Shown: piece by piece, positions 24,150-34,796 of the stretch
How the letters are laid out: every line of letters starts with the position of its first letter
How positions within the stretch are numbered: position 1 is the stretch's first letter
Source of the DNA: Vicugna vicugna
Taxonomy: Eukaryota
Reading direction: 5' to 3'
NCBI GenBank assembly: GCA_013265495.1
Contig: MU057887.1
Coordinates: 2,141,576-2,205,575 of the forward strand
Length of the DNA: 64,000 nucleotides
Position numbers and translations under genes: made by a program
The notes under the pieces: model-generated
Seen by the model: the letters and a program-made list of their open reading frames with translations, nothing else
Databases searched by the model: none
What the model was told of the DNA's origin: nothing

Positions 24150-24420
24150 CATTCTGTCACTTGGCATTGGGCTGACTTGGGTGCTGTAATAATAGCTATC
24201 AAGAGGCAGGAATGTGTACCAGACACTTGAAAAGAATTCCAAGAGAATGGCACATTGTTGCTGGAATCTGATACATTAAGAAAAAAATGCAGGCAGGCTG
24301 CTACTCTTGCATCAGGCTAAGTGGTTGCAGGAGGAAGGCACCGCTCGTCTGTTCGCCTGCTCGGGGCAGTGTCTTTTCTGCACAGACTCTTAGGTGTGAT
24401 ACAGTCTAAAAATAGCCGTG
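24150..24420. promoter_or_regulatory. Candidate cardiac/muscle enhancer (motif cluster)
   Basis: MEF2 CTAAAAATAG 24406-24415; T-box AGGTGTGA 24392-24399; NKX2-5 CACTTGA 24224-24230; TEAD GGAATG 24209-24214; GATA CTATCA 24196-24201; MEIS CTGTCA 24154-24159. The sequence appears unique. Function is inferred. Confidence 0.5.
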
Positions 24421-25007
24421 CTCTGTGCTGAGCTGTCTGGGGAATGGCTTTTGGACTCTCAGCTGCTGCAGCTACAAAAAGCAATATGCTCTTTGGAAAG
24501 TATTAGGCTGGGGTTTTGTTCTGCCGGCATTGCTTCGAATTGTCTCTCCTGGAACAAGCAGTGCAGGCGTTCCCCCTCCTGAGTAGGCGGAGGAAGAGAA
24601 AGGGGTGGAGGAGGGGCCGTCAGGCAGGTCTTGACTCTGAGCCACACACCTGAGAGGGACACATGCAGGGGACCTGAGCACAGGTGTGCAGTGGGCACCC
24701 ATGCCAGAACACCTGCACACACACCCCTTGTTAAGTCGAAATTCCCAACTCATTTGTTCAAAATACATAGGTAATTGGGGCAAATCTGTGATGGGTCTCA
24801 AGTGATTTCTTCTTTTTCAAGAACATTTTAAATTGTCATAAGAGTGTATTCAAATTTTTCAATACAATGTTTTCACAGAAAAACAAGTAAGTTCTCTAAA
24901 CCCTTGAAAGTGAAAATGAAGTTTGTGTGTTAAAAAATATACTGCAAGTAAAGCTCTGAGCAAAGTCCCTGGCAGGTAATAAAGGGTTAGTAAACAACAG
25001 GTTGCAA

Positions 25008-25140
25008 TATCACCACTGTCCTCTCTCCCCCACCATCACCGTCTCCCCCACCATCACTACCCTCACCACCATCACCAGCTCCACATCCTTACCAATGCCA
25101 CCACCTCATCAGCACCACCACCAACAGCATCATTATCCAT
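25008..25140. repeat. (CAC/CAT)-rich low-complexity tract
   Basis: CACCACCATCACC-type iterations. Confidence 0.75.
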
Positions 25141-26902
25141 CTAACAAAATGATGAACAGAAGTGCCAACACACCCTGAGCATGTAGACCCTGACATCCAC
25201 ATCAGGGAACCTCAGCGAAAGGTGGACTTGTGACTTTCCTGGAGCTCGGGGTAAGGGGGCTTGTGGGCTTGTGTGAGTGGGGAGGAGCGGGGGCTGGGCA
25301 GGCCACGGGCCAGGGGCTCTGGGGCCGGCTTGGCCTGCTGCCCAGCAGACAGGGCAGTGGGGCAGGACTGGCTGATTATGGTCTAATGTTAGAACTTTAA
25401 TCTCAACACCAAATGGAGGGTTTACTGAATTGATGGGCTGAGACGGGCCACTCTTTCTACTATTGCACGGATGAAATTAGACCAAGCTGAGAATTTGCAT
25501 ACAATTCCCTTGAAACCGAGCCCGCACCAGAGGCCAGAGATGAGCCTTACTGTTGGCACGGGGAAGGGAGGAGAGGGCAGGCCCAGGAGAGGCGGGGACG
25601 CCAGCGAGGAGCGTTTGGTCTGTGCTGGGTGATTCGGAGAGAGCTTTGCTCCCTCTTCTGCTCAAGCATCTGCTTGGCCTCCTCTGAGGCTCAGCTCCCG
25701 GGTGGGCGTCATCCCGGAGGAAGTCAGGGTCCTCCTTGTCCACGGACTGCAGGCTGGTGTTCAAATCTCCACTGCCGTGAGACCATGACTGGCTCTCTTC
25801 CCCCACTGGGGGACAGCAAGAGACCCCAGGAGCACCGAGGGATGCCCTGAGCCCTGTGTCCCCACCTGCATGCAGTGTCATCGATGCCCTCTCCCCGTGC
25901 CCTTCAGAGCACTGTTTTTGCAGCACACAAAGGGGAAGCTGGTCCCTGGAGGAGCAGGAGGAGTGATGTCTTCCCGGCTGGGACAGCGCTCCTTCCTTGG
26001 TTACCTGGCTCACCTGGATCCTGGTCCTGAGGTCGGAGCAGATCTCCTCCTGGGCTTCCTCAAACCTCCTGCCACCTTTCTGCCAGGGACCTTGGCTGAT
26101 TCAGGGACACCAGCCCTGGTCTGTGCAGCCTGGGCCTCAGGACTGGAGCCCGGGCTGGAGATAGGCCGGGCAGAGCCCCTGATGGATGGCCTCTGGTCCA
26201 GGCCTCCAGCTTGCTCCTTCCTCTCCCCGTCCTCTCCACGAGCCTCTGGCAAAGGGCCTCCCCTGCCCGCAGAGACGCTGACCTCATCCTTGGCCTGAGC
26301 AGATCCGGCCTCACGGCAGCCATTAGTGTGATTAGTGTGATTGCCAGTGGCCCAGGCGGGACCGCCCAGTGGCACATCCCGTGGCCCAGCCAGTGGGCAC
26401 GTCTCCACGTGAGTGGATCAATATGGACGCATTTCCAACATGGCCCCAGAGCCAAGGGCTCAGTCTGATTCAGCAAAGATGCAGTGGCTTCTGAGTCCTC
26501 TGGTTCTCCTCCACCTCCATGGTGGGGACACCCAGAGGGTAGGGTACAGAGAAATAACGATGGTGGCAGTGTGCTTGTGTCTGGCAACGTCACCTGTGGT
26601 CCCACAGCAGGCTGAGGACCAGGCTTTGGGGTTCAGGAGATTAGGGTGCAGCAGGATGGAGTGATCTGTGGGTTCACACGGGACCAGAGCCCGGCTTCCT
26701 TTAACTCTGCCCCCAGCTCCGCACACCGGAATGTCTCAGAAACATGGGTAGAGCGCCGGGTGTCAGGGTCCTGTCTCCCTTAGTCATGTAGGGCTGGGTC
26801 GAGGCAGGCACTGACCCCCTCGGGGAAGAGGAAGACGGCGTGAGACGGCCAGTCCCGGGGCATCCCAGCCGGCCGCTGCCCTGCCTTCCCATTTACTCCA
26901 AA

Positions 26903-28050
26903 GTGCAGGTGTCTGTGATGTAATAAGAAGTACATCTTCGTCTTTGTCCCAGTTTCCGGCACAGAGCTTCTAAGACCCTTGGAATTTCCTGAGCAATGGG
27001 TGAGAAGAGAATTGTTTTGATGCATTTTAAAAAATTATTTATTCAAAATAGTTTTTTTTTTTACCTTATTTGCAGTTTCAGGAGCATCATTTCTGTTCCT
27101 CCAGAATTGTTTCTCTTCCTTCCTTCCTGTTTCATTGAGCTGTAACTGACGTACAGCACCGTGTAAGTTTAAGGTTGATTTACATACAGCAGGAAGTGAT
27201 TATCACAATAAGTTCAGTAAAGGCCCAACCTCTCACCCAGGTGCAAAATTAAAGAAACAGAAAAAAATTTTTTTCTGTCTTGTGATAAGAGCTCGGAGGA
27301 CTTACTCCCTTAGCGACTTCCTCTGTGACACGCAGCATGGGGGAGGGCGGAGTCCTACCCAGCATGGGCCGCCTTCAGCCTTGCCTGAGTTTACGCCACC
27401 GAGCTGGCTCCAGTGGCCCCCAGGTAGCTTCAGGAAGGGGGCTGGGTGACAGAGGAGTGCCATGTGATTCAAGGCGGAGAACTTGCAGCCCAGCCTCCTG
27501 CCCTGGGGCGGGGGGGCTGGAGGCTGAGCCAGGCACCAATGCAGGGATTCAGCAGTGGCGCCCACGTCTGAGGCATCTGTGAAACCCCTAACCACTGGTT
27601 TGGGGACCTCCTGGGCTGATGGGCACATCTCGGCCCTGGGAGCAGCCGGTGCCCAGAGAGGGTGTGGAATCCCCACCCCTTGCCCTGTGCGTGCCTTCCA
27701 TCTGGCTGTTCCTGAGTGTGTCCTTTGTAATAAACTGGTAACAGTAAGCAAAGTGCTTTCTTGTTCTGCGACGCATTCTAGCAAATGATCGAGCATGAGA
27801 AGGGGTCCTGGGACCCCCAATTCACAGCTGCATGGTCAGAAGTAAGGGTGACCACTTGGGACTTGCAGCTGGCATCTGACGCAGGGCCATCGTGGGGGAC
27901 AGCCCTCCCCCGGGGGGTCTGTGCTGACCCAGGAGCCAGGGTTAGGACTGAGCAGTTGTGGGGCACCTGGGGGTGGCACTGAACTGGAGAACTGGCTGGT
28001 GAGGGGAAACCCCACATGTTGGTGACAGAAGTGTCTGGTTGTCGGAAACA
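26903..28050 (+). mobile_element. MER21-like (MER21C) LTR, interrupted by an L1 fragment
   Basis: 5' part: TGTGATGTAATAAGAAG...TCTTTGTCCCAGTTTCCGGCACAGAGCTTCTAAGACCCTTGGAATTTCCTGAG. 3' part: CCTTTGTAATAAACTGGTAA...TCTAGCAAAT...GGTCAGAAGTA...GGGGAAACCCCACATGTTGGTGACAGAAGTG. Confidence 0.8.
27130..27345 (-). mobile_element. L1 3' end fragment (L1MA9/cetartiodactyl type) inside the MER21-like LTR
   Basis: ATTGAGCTGTAACTGACGTACAGCACCGTGTAAGTTTAAGG...AAAATTAAAGAAACAGAAAAAAATTTTTTTC...TTGTGATAAGAGCTC. Confidence 0.7.
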
Positions 28051-30127
28051 GACCACAGCCGTCCTGCGTCTCAGACACCTCCGTGCAGCCGCACGTGAGA
28101 CACGGCCAAGCTGTCATGGTTTGGGAAGGAAGGCTCACCTGTGACTGCTCCTCCCGACCCTCGTACCCGCCATGGGTTCCAGAATTGTTCCTGTGACATT
28201 GTGGAATTGGCCACACGGGACTCTAGGCAGGGTGGGGACAGGTGACACTTCCCTGAACACTTCATTAATTAAACACAGTCATGAAATACAGTCTTCGGGC
28301 CGGGCCCTGGGCACCAGGGTGCAGACAGCGGTGTGGACAGGACATTCTCTGCCCGTAGAGGTTTTCACTCTTCACCTAACTGACAGTCGCCGAGTGCCTG
28401 CCATGTGCCAGCTTGGTCTGGGGCGACCCTGAATTTCACGAACAAACTTCAGCTGGAGCACACGACCCCTCTGCTGGTTTAGATTCCTCTGTCTTTTCTG
28501 TCTCATTTCTTTTCTTTAATAAACAGAGCTTGGCTATTAATAGCCACCGAAAACACATACATTTACTGGGTTATATTTAAGAATGTTTCTACCAGGAGAT
28601 GCATAATGACTTCTAAGTTAAGCACAGTGTTCTGGAAAGGAAACTGATTTATCCACAGGAATCCTGCTGTAACTTCCTCCCGGTTCCAACTAAAGATAAT
28701 GCAAAACAGGGTAGGCATGCACGGACTCATTTGGCGGTGAGCGTGATGACGCCAGGGAGGATGATGATGGCGGTGACAGTGATGAGGACACTGCAAGGTC
28801 TGCATCTTGGTGCCCCTCAGCTTCCTGATGACCTGTCTGCACCTCAGCTGCTCTCTCCCCGTCCTGGGCGGGTGGAGACAGGTCCCCGTGGGCACACCTC
28901 TGGTTAATTGAGTGTCGCTAGGTGCGGCATCTCCGATAGGTTTGTCATGTGCGTTATTTCTGCTCCTCAGTCAGCCCTAGATGTGAGGCTCCCCACTTCC
29001 CGGGGAGGGAATGCGGGCTCAGCAACCGACGGAGACTTGTCACGTGGCTGGAGGTGAGAGTCCGAGTCCAGAGCAGCTGGACAAGGGCCTGCTGTTCTCC
29101 TGTGGCACAGAACGGTTCAGGAAGGGCCGTGCCTCCTGCACGGAGCACACCCGAGGTGGCTGGGCGGAGCTGGGGCTTGGGATCAGGCTGATGGAAGCCC
29201 TCCCACAGCCCTTTGACGGCTGCTCCTTCCTCGGGGAACGCCTTCCCCGCCCTTCCGGGGTCCATACCTACCCGCTTTGAAGCTCCATCTGACTCCAGGT
29301 CCTCTGGGAGCGTCTGCTTCATCCGTGGGTGGAAATAACCCCGCTCTTACCTCTGCCCACTTTACCTCATGGGGGCTCAGCCCCTCTCTGGGCACGGCCG
29401 TGGGGCTGCACTGGGAGTTCTTTGTCCCTCTCCTGCTCCGCCAGCCTCCCGAGAGCTGCCTCCCGCGTCCCCGCCCCCCGCCAGGGCCTCACAGACAGCC
29501 TCCTGGATGGCTGTTAAGTGTGGCTCTGTGAAGAGGCAGGGGACGTTTGCAGGGAAATCAGGCAGTGGAGTCCTGTCTGTACTCGGCAGGTCGCGGGGAG
29601 CGCCGAGCGCTTGGGGCAGCGCAGGGAAGGGGGTTGTGGGAAAGTTTGTAAGATAATGGGGATTGACTTGTTGATGTAGAGGGGTGTGGGGGTGCCTGGG
29701 ACCCACTGCAAGGCCAAGGGATGAGCACTGGGTTACGTTCCAAATTGCTGCCCACCCCTTGCAACTCGATCCCAGCCCCTGGTCAGGCAGGGAGGCGGGG
29801 GGTGGGGCCTGGGGGTCGTGCCGGTGCCCCCACCGATGAGATCACCATGTTCAATCTGTAGTCAAGGAGCTGTAGACGTTACGGAAAAAAAAATGGGGAT
29901 GGGTGATGCTGGGGAGGGGTGTCCCCGAAGACCATTATCAACCCTTAAAATGGGGTTTTAACCAATAAAAACGGCAGATCTCCCGTCTCTAAGTGACAGT
30001 GGCGTTTCCCGCGCACAGTGCGCGCTGTCCGCAAAACGTTCGTGTGAGATTCTGGGGCTTGTTGGGAACTTTTCTGAACCCCGTTTTTTTCAGTTTGTAA
30101 ACCTGCTCTGGCTCCCTGAGTTGGAGA

Positions 30128-30570
30128 TGTTGACGGAGAAAGAAAAAGGGGAAGTGGAACCTGAAAGCTGAGGTTCATGCTTTACTCAGGGTCCTCACTG
30201 AGAACTACAGCCCGGAGGATGGCCTCTCGGGTCGCTGCGAGGGGCTGTTCCCAGGGGTGGGGGTGGTGGATGTATAGGAGTTTTCATTTACAAAAACACA
30301 GGTCATTGAACATCAAAAGACAGCTGCTAATTACAAAAAACAGACTTCTCAGGTTAATGAATTTAGTGCTTTTCTGTATGTAGGAAGATGCAAGATTCTG
30401 GGCTCATTGAAACCATCCCTTTGACGTGCGGCCTCTCTAGGGCCAGTGTCCTGCTCTTCCGCATCCTGAACCCCCTCGGGCGCACCATCAGGGCGGCTGC
30501 AGTGGCTGAGGGCTTGATGGCCGCAACTTCCTTTGCGCACTGAGATGGCAGGTGACACTCTTTGTCCACA
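30128..30570 (-). mobile_element. ERV1-type solo LTR (MER41-like, lineage-specific)
   Basis: TGTTGAC...TCCACA termini. Internal GTTAATGAATTTAGTGCTTTTCTGTATGTAGGAAGATGCAAGA..CTGGGCTCATTGAAA resembles recalled artiodactyl ERV1 LTRs. No clean TSD. Confidence 0.65.
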
Positions 30571-32654
30571 ATGGCCTCCCCCAGAGGTTCCTGGTCTTCC
30601 TGTGGAGGATGTGGTGATGGAGACCACCTCGATGAGCCTTAGCTGTGAGTCCTGACCTGCCTTGGGGTCCAGCCTACCCTAGTCCCGGGCTCCCTCCTTT
30701 GGAGCTGGGGAGCCCAGCCAGGCTCTGGTTTCTCTCCCTGGGCTTCCCAGCGGGCTCCATGTCTACCCTTGCTCTGTTTCCTTTTTTCCTTCCCTGGTCT
30801 TCTTGGAGCCCCCAATTTTTAAACCATCCCCACAGGGCTCTACTGGCTCATTCTAGAACATAACCATAAAGATTACGCTTAGGGCGAGGATGTGTGTACC
30901 TGTTCCCAGGACGAGGGATCTTTGAGCGATGGTTTACACGTAGGCAGAGCACAGATGCGCATCTGGGCGTGCACTTGTGTGCAGACACTTACCTGGGAGG
31001 TGGAGAGCTAGCCTTTTTATTGAAGGGGCTGGTGGGTGACGCAGTATCAGCTTTGCAGCCCACAGACGTGGTGTCCAGTCCTGAGCCCAGCACGCGCTGC
31101 CCCCCGGGCACAAGTGTGAGTGCGCCCCTTCAAGGATTCCGCGTCTCCCAGAGTTGTCGGGGACTCGGGGATAACGAGTTAGTGAATGGTAATGAGTATA
31201 GTTAACTGCTATTTTTATTATTATTTACAAACATGTCCCACTTTTGAGTCCTCTGCACAATGGCCGAGAAAACTTACAGCTAAATGAATATTTACAGCAT
31301 CTCACAGTTTGTAAAAATCCTCCCTCTGCACCCTAAGAGGTGCATTCCCCTTCATCCTGTGCGCTCTCCAGCCTCAGCCTGCTGAGCATCACCCGCCGTC
31401 CCCCGACGCGGAGGAGGGGAGGTGACACCCGAAGCGCCCTCCCGGCCACGTGGCTGGGCGTCCCCCTCCCTGGACTGAGTTAGCTGTGGGCTGGCAGCCC
31501 GCAGGGCTGGTCATCAAAGGCTCAGTGAAGAGGATTAAAGAGTATTAGGCAGCAACGCATCCAGAGAGCACTGCTACCCCCCCTTCAGGGCACTAACCGC
31601 CCTTTAGTCCAGCGGCTACTAACTGACTCTTTGATAAGCAGCGTCCCTGACGGCTGCATGGGAGCCCCTCCGCAGGGGCTGGGCGCCTGGGCTTCCGGGC
31701 AGAATAAACGCTCAGCCTCTCTCTCCCACGTGCGTAGATGACGTGCGTTTATTTGAAGAGAGAAGATCAACAGAAGCTCATTCTCCTTCTGAGCTCAGCC
31801 CGCCCTGCGGGGCCCAGCAGCCCCGCTCTGAGCTCCAAGAGGCCAACACGGCCGGTCCTCTGCTGGGCGTCTGCTGTCCTAGTGGACACAAGATGGGTAG
31901 CTGATCTCCCCCTTGGCCTCTGTCAGAGCCCACCTGGGACGCCCAGCGGGTGTTCTGACCGCTCACCACCACCCGAGTTCTTGAAGGTCGTGGGCAGCGT
32001 TGGAAGGCGGGGGCAGGGCACAACCACTAAAGGGGTGAAGAGCAGTTAGCGCCAAGATGGCGGGGAAGTCAGCTCCCAGCGGACTCTGAGGCCCGAGGTG
32101 GTGGGAGGCGTGACCTCCGGTCGACCCTGGGCTTCATTATATGCTGACTGTAATACATCAGCATGAGACTGACACTCCCGCCGGTGCCCCCACAGTCCCA
32201 AGGCTGACCCGGAAAGCTCAGGAGGGTGGGCTCCAATCGCTGGGAGTCCCCGCCCCTTCCCCAAAGAAGTGGGAACAATCCTCACACCTGTTACTGTGTG
32301 CAGTAAGCACACCCGTAAAAGCTGGCCACACGGGGCGCGTGGCCTTTCGTGGCCCCGCCTCCCGAGGCGGCCAGCGCGTGGTCTACGGGGTGTGCCTGCT
32401 GCTACCCTAACCCCCACTCCCGATGCCTCGTGGCCTCTCTGGCCCTCTGAGACGGCCCCCTCCGTCTGTGGAGCGTGTATCTCTGGATAAATCCACTTCT
32501 GCTCAGCTGCGGCTCGCTCTTGACTCCCTTCCTGGGGAAGCCCAGGCCCCTCACCTGCTGGGGTGCGTTCCAGGGCCACGCCGGGAGCTGGGCACGGCCC
32601 TCCGCTCCTGCCCGTGCTCCTGCACCGGCGTGAGTGTGCGCCGCGCAGGAGCTC

Positions 32655-32820
32655 TTCCCTTCCCACCTCGCCCCCTCCCCTCCTCTCTGCCCCCTCCCCT
32701 CGTCTCTCCTTCTCTGTCACCTTTATCTCCGCCTGCTCCTCCTCCTCTTTCTCATCTTCAACTTTGTCATCACTTTCGTTTCTTTCTTCTTCGCATCTGC
32801 CTCTTCCTCCTTCTCCCCCG
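32655..32820. repeat. Polypyrimidine (CT-rich) low-complexity tract
   Basis: Mostly C/T over ~165 bp; explains the Glu/Lys/Arg-rich minus-strand ORF. Confidence 0.8.
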
Positions 32821-33521
32821 GTCGTGTACATTAGGCTACTTTAATAAAATAGTTTGTATCCATTTACTTAAACCGACAAAGCTAGTTTACAAGGAAGATG
32901 CTGGGTCTGGTGCTGGGTGTTGAGTAGCAATGAGAGACAGTTTGTGAAGGGGGCTCTTTCCAGAGTGATGTTGACCTGAGATGGCCTGAGACCCCCGGGG
33001 ACGCCAAGTCCTGGGAGAGGTGAGGCCCCCCGAGGATGCTGTGGTCCTGCCATGCCCCAGCCTCGGTCACCTTCATGACAGAGCCCATCTTGATTTCAGC
33101 CTCCTCTGGAGCCAAGCTTGGCTGCAAGCTGGGGCTTTGACTCCGAATGCTATGACGTGCATTTTCACCCCCCGTTAGAGCTCTGCCGTCACGCCCAGCC
33201 TCAGCCCCAGCTCAGGGCCGGGTCAGCATTCTTGGCCGTTCCTTCCCCTTGGCCTGACTGCTGTCTCCTTGCCCCGGAGAGAGCAAACCCGCCAGCTCGC
33301 AGTCACCACGGGCAAACTCTTTGAAGACATCTAGAACTTAGGCCAGTGGGAAGGGCTAAGGGGCAGAGGGAGAGGGCTAAAAACTCGGGAGGTGGGCAGA
33401 GCTGTCACGTGGCCAATGGATGAGTCTCGTGTGGCCTTGAGGGACCAAAATATGACCGAGGTGGAATCTGTCTCGATGGAGGGACCCGTTTTCTACCTCT
33501 TGGGGCTGACCTTACATGGAA

Positions 33522-34796
33522 TGTTACAGTAAAGATAATTCACAATGCTTGTTTAAAAAGAGTAAGGCGGGGGGCCTAGCAATGGGGCTTTGACGCGGGG
33601 GAGAGAGGCTGCGCTCAGCCCCAAATGCAGCAAGGAAAAGTGGGAATTTACAGCCAAGGAGCAGGATGTTGAGGTGGGGAGGGGTTGGTGGATGGAAAAT
33701 TACCAAGGGGAAACACTGGGGCTGAGGGGGACTCTGGCTAAACTAACGTGGTGGGCTTCCTGTGGACAGCAGGCCAGGGCGGCCCGACGCCATGTGGGGG
33801 TGCTGGAGCGGGGGAGCTGCGTCAGATGTGGAGGGATTGGTGGGAGACAGTAACAAGGGGGGCGGGGCTGACCCCGAGTGTGTCTGCCTGGCAGAAGTAG
33901 GCGGCCAGGCAGTGGGGGGCCCTGCAACGCCCGCTGCACGAGCTCACGGGAGGACCCGGAGCCTGAATTCCTGGCCCCCGGCTGCTCTCTTTACTGATGA
34001 TCCAGACGAAGAGGATGAGCTGAGGCCTCCCAGGTCTTCAGGTGGAAACAAAGAATAGTTCTCAGCAACTTAAGATTTTAAAAAGAATAGACGACTGTTA
34101 GCAGGGGGGAGAAGTAACCAGAGCAAAGAGTAAGCCAGTCGCAAAGACTCCCGGGTCTGTTTCAGAGGCAGAGCTCAGCCTGAAGCTGCGGCCGTTTGGC
34201 AGGACCCAGCCCTCCCTGAGCACTCAGCCAGCAGACTGAGGGGGCCTGGGGACGCCGACGCTCACCCTGCTGGCCTGCGTGCCCTCACCCAACTAGGTGC
34301 CTGGGTTTTGTCAGCCTGCAGTGAACTTTGCCTTATTTTGATGTGAAAATCCCATCCCCAGGGTGGGAATTGTCACCATTTTTGAACGTGCAATGTATGT
34401 CTGAGCAGGTTGTCACCTAGCACTCCACCTCTGCGTGGAAGGGCACACTCGCCCTTTCATGAACATGCATGCGCCCTTAGCTTACAACTCGTCTGATCCT
34501 GCTTTCCGGGGAGACGGCTCTCTGAGGGCTAGCTCCCTGTCTCCTTACCGGGTACAAGTAATAAACGCTTCTGCTCTGATAGAAAGTCCTTGGCGTGCTC
34601 ACTGACTGTGCACCCCAAGCGGCGGACCCATTCGTTCTTGTAATCTGATCAGATGGTGAGGGCCCTGGCTAAGCCTAGCAGGGTTCCTTGTAAAGTTAGA
34701 CATTGCAGAGACAAACACAGAAGCCAGAAGTCAGAGCCTGGCTGAGAAGAGTTCAGAAGAGCCTGATTTGAGTTTGCTCACAGAGAGACTCTGTCA
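33522..34796 (-). mobile_element. MER31-like ERV1 LTR, split by a nested LTR
   Basis: The minus-strand start TGACAGAGTCTCTCTGTGAGCAAACTCAAATCAGGCTCTTCTGAACTCTTCTC resembles recalled MER31. The other end reads TGTTACAGTAAAGATAATTC on +. Flanks GGAA/GGTA form a 4-bp TSD with one mismatch. Confidence 0.7.
33838..34645 (+). mobile_element. Nested ERV1-type LTR (MER34/MER39-like); 5' boundary approximate
   Basis: Recognisable LTR R/U5 text: CTTTCATGAACATGCAT...GGGGAGACGGCTCTCTGAG...AATAAA (34560-34565)...GGCGGACCCATTCGTTCTTGTAA. Host LTR sequence resumes afterwards. Confidence 0.55.

Noticed and set aside
29790..29815. G-quadruplex-capable G tracts
   Set aside because: Common throughout this GC-rich window; nothing singles this one out.
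32046..32831. 261-aa acidic/charged ORF on the minus strand
   Set aside because: The charged N-terminus comes from the CT-rich tract and the rest is low-complexity.
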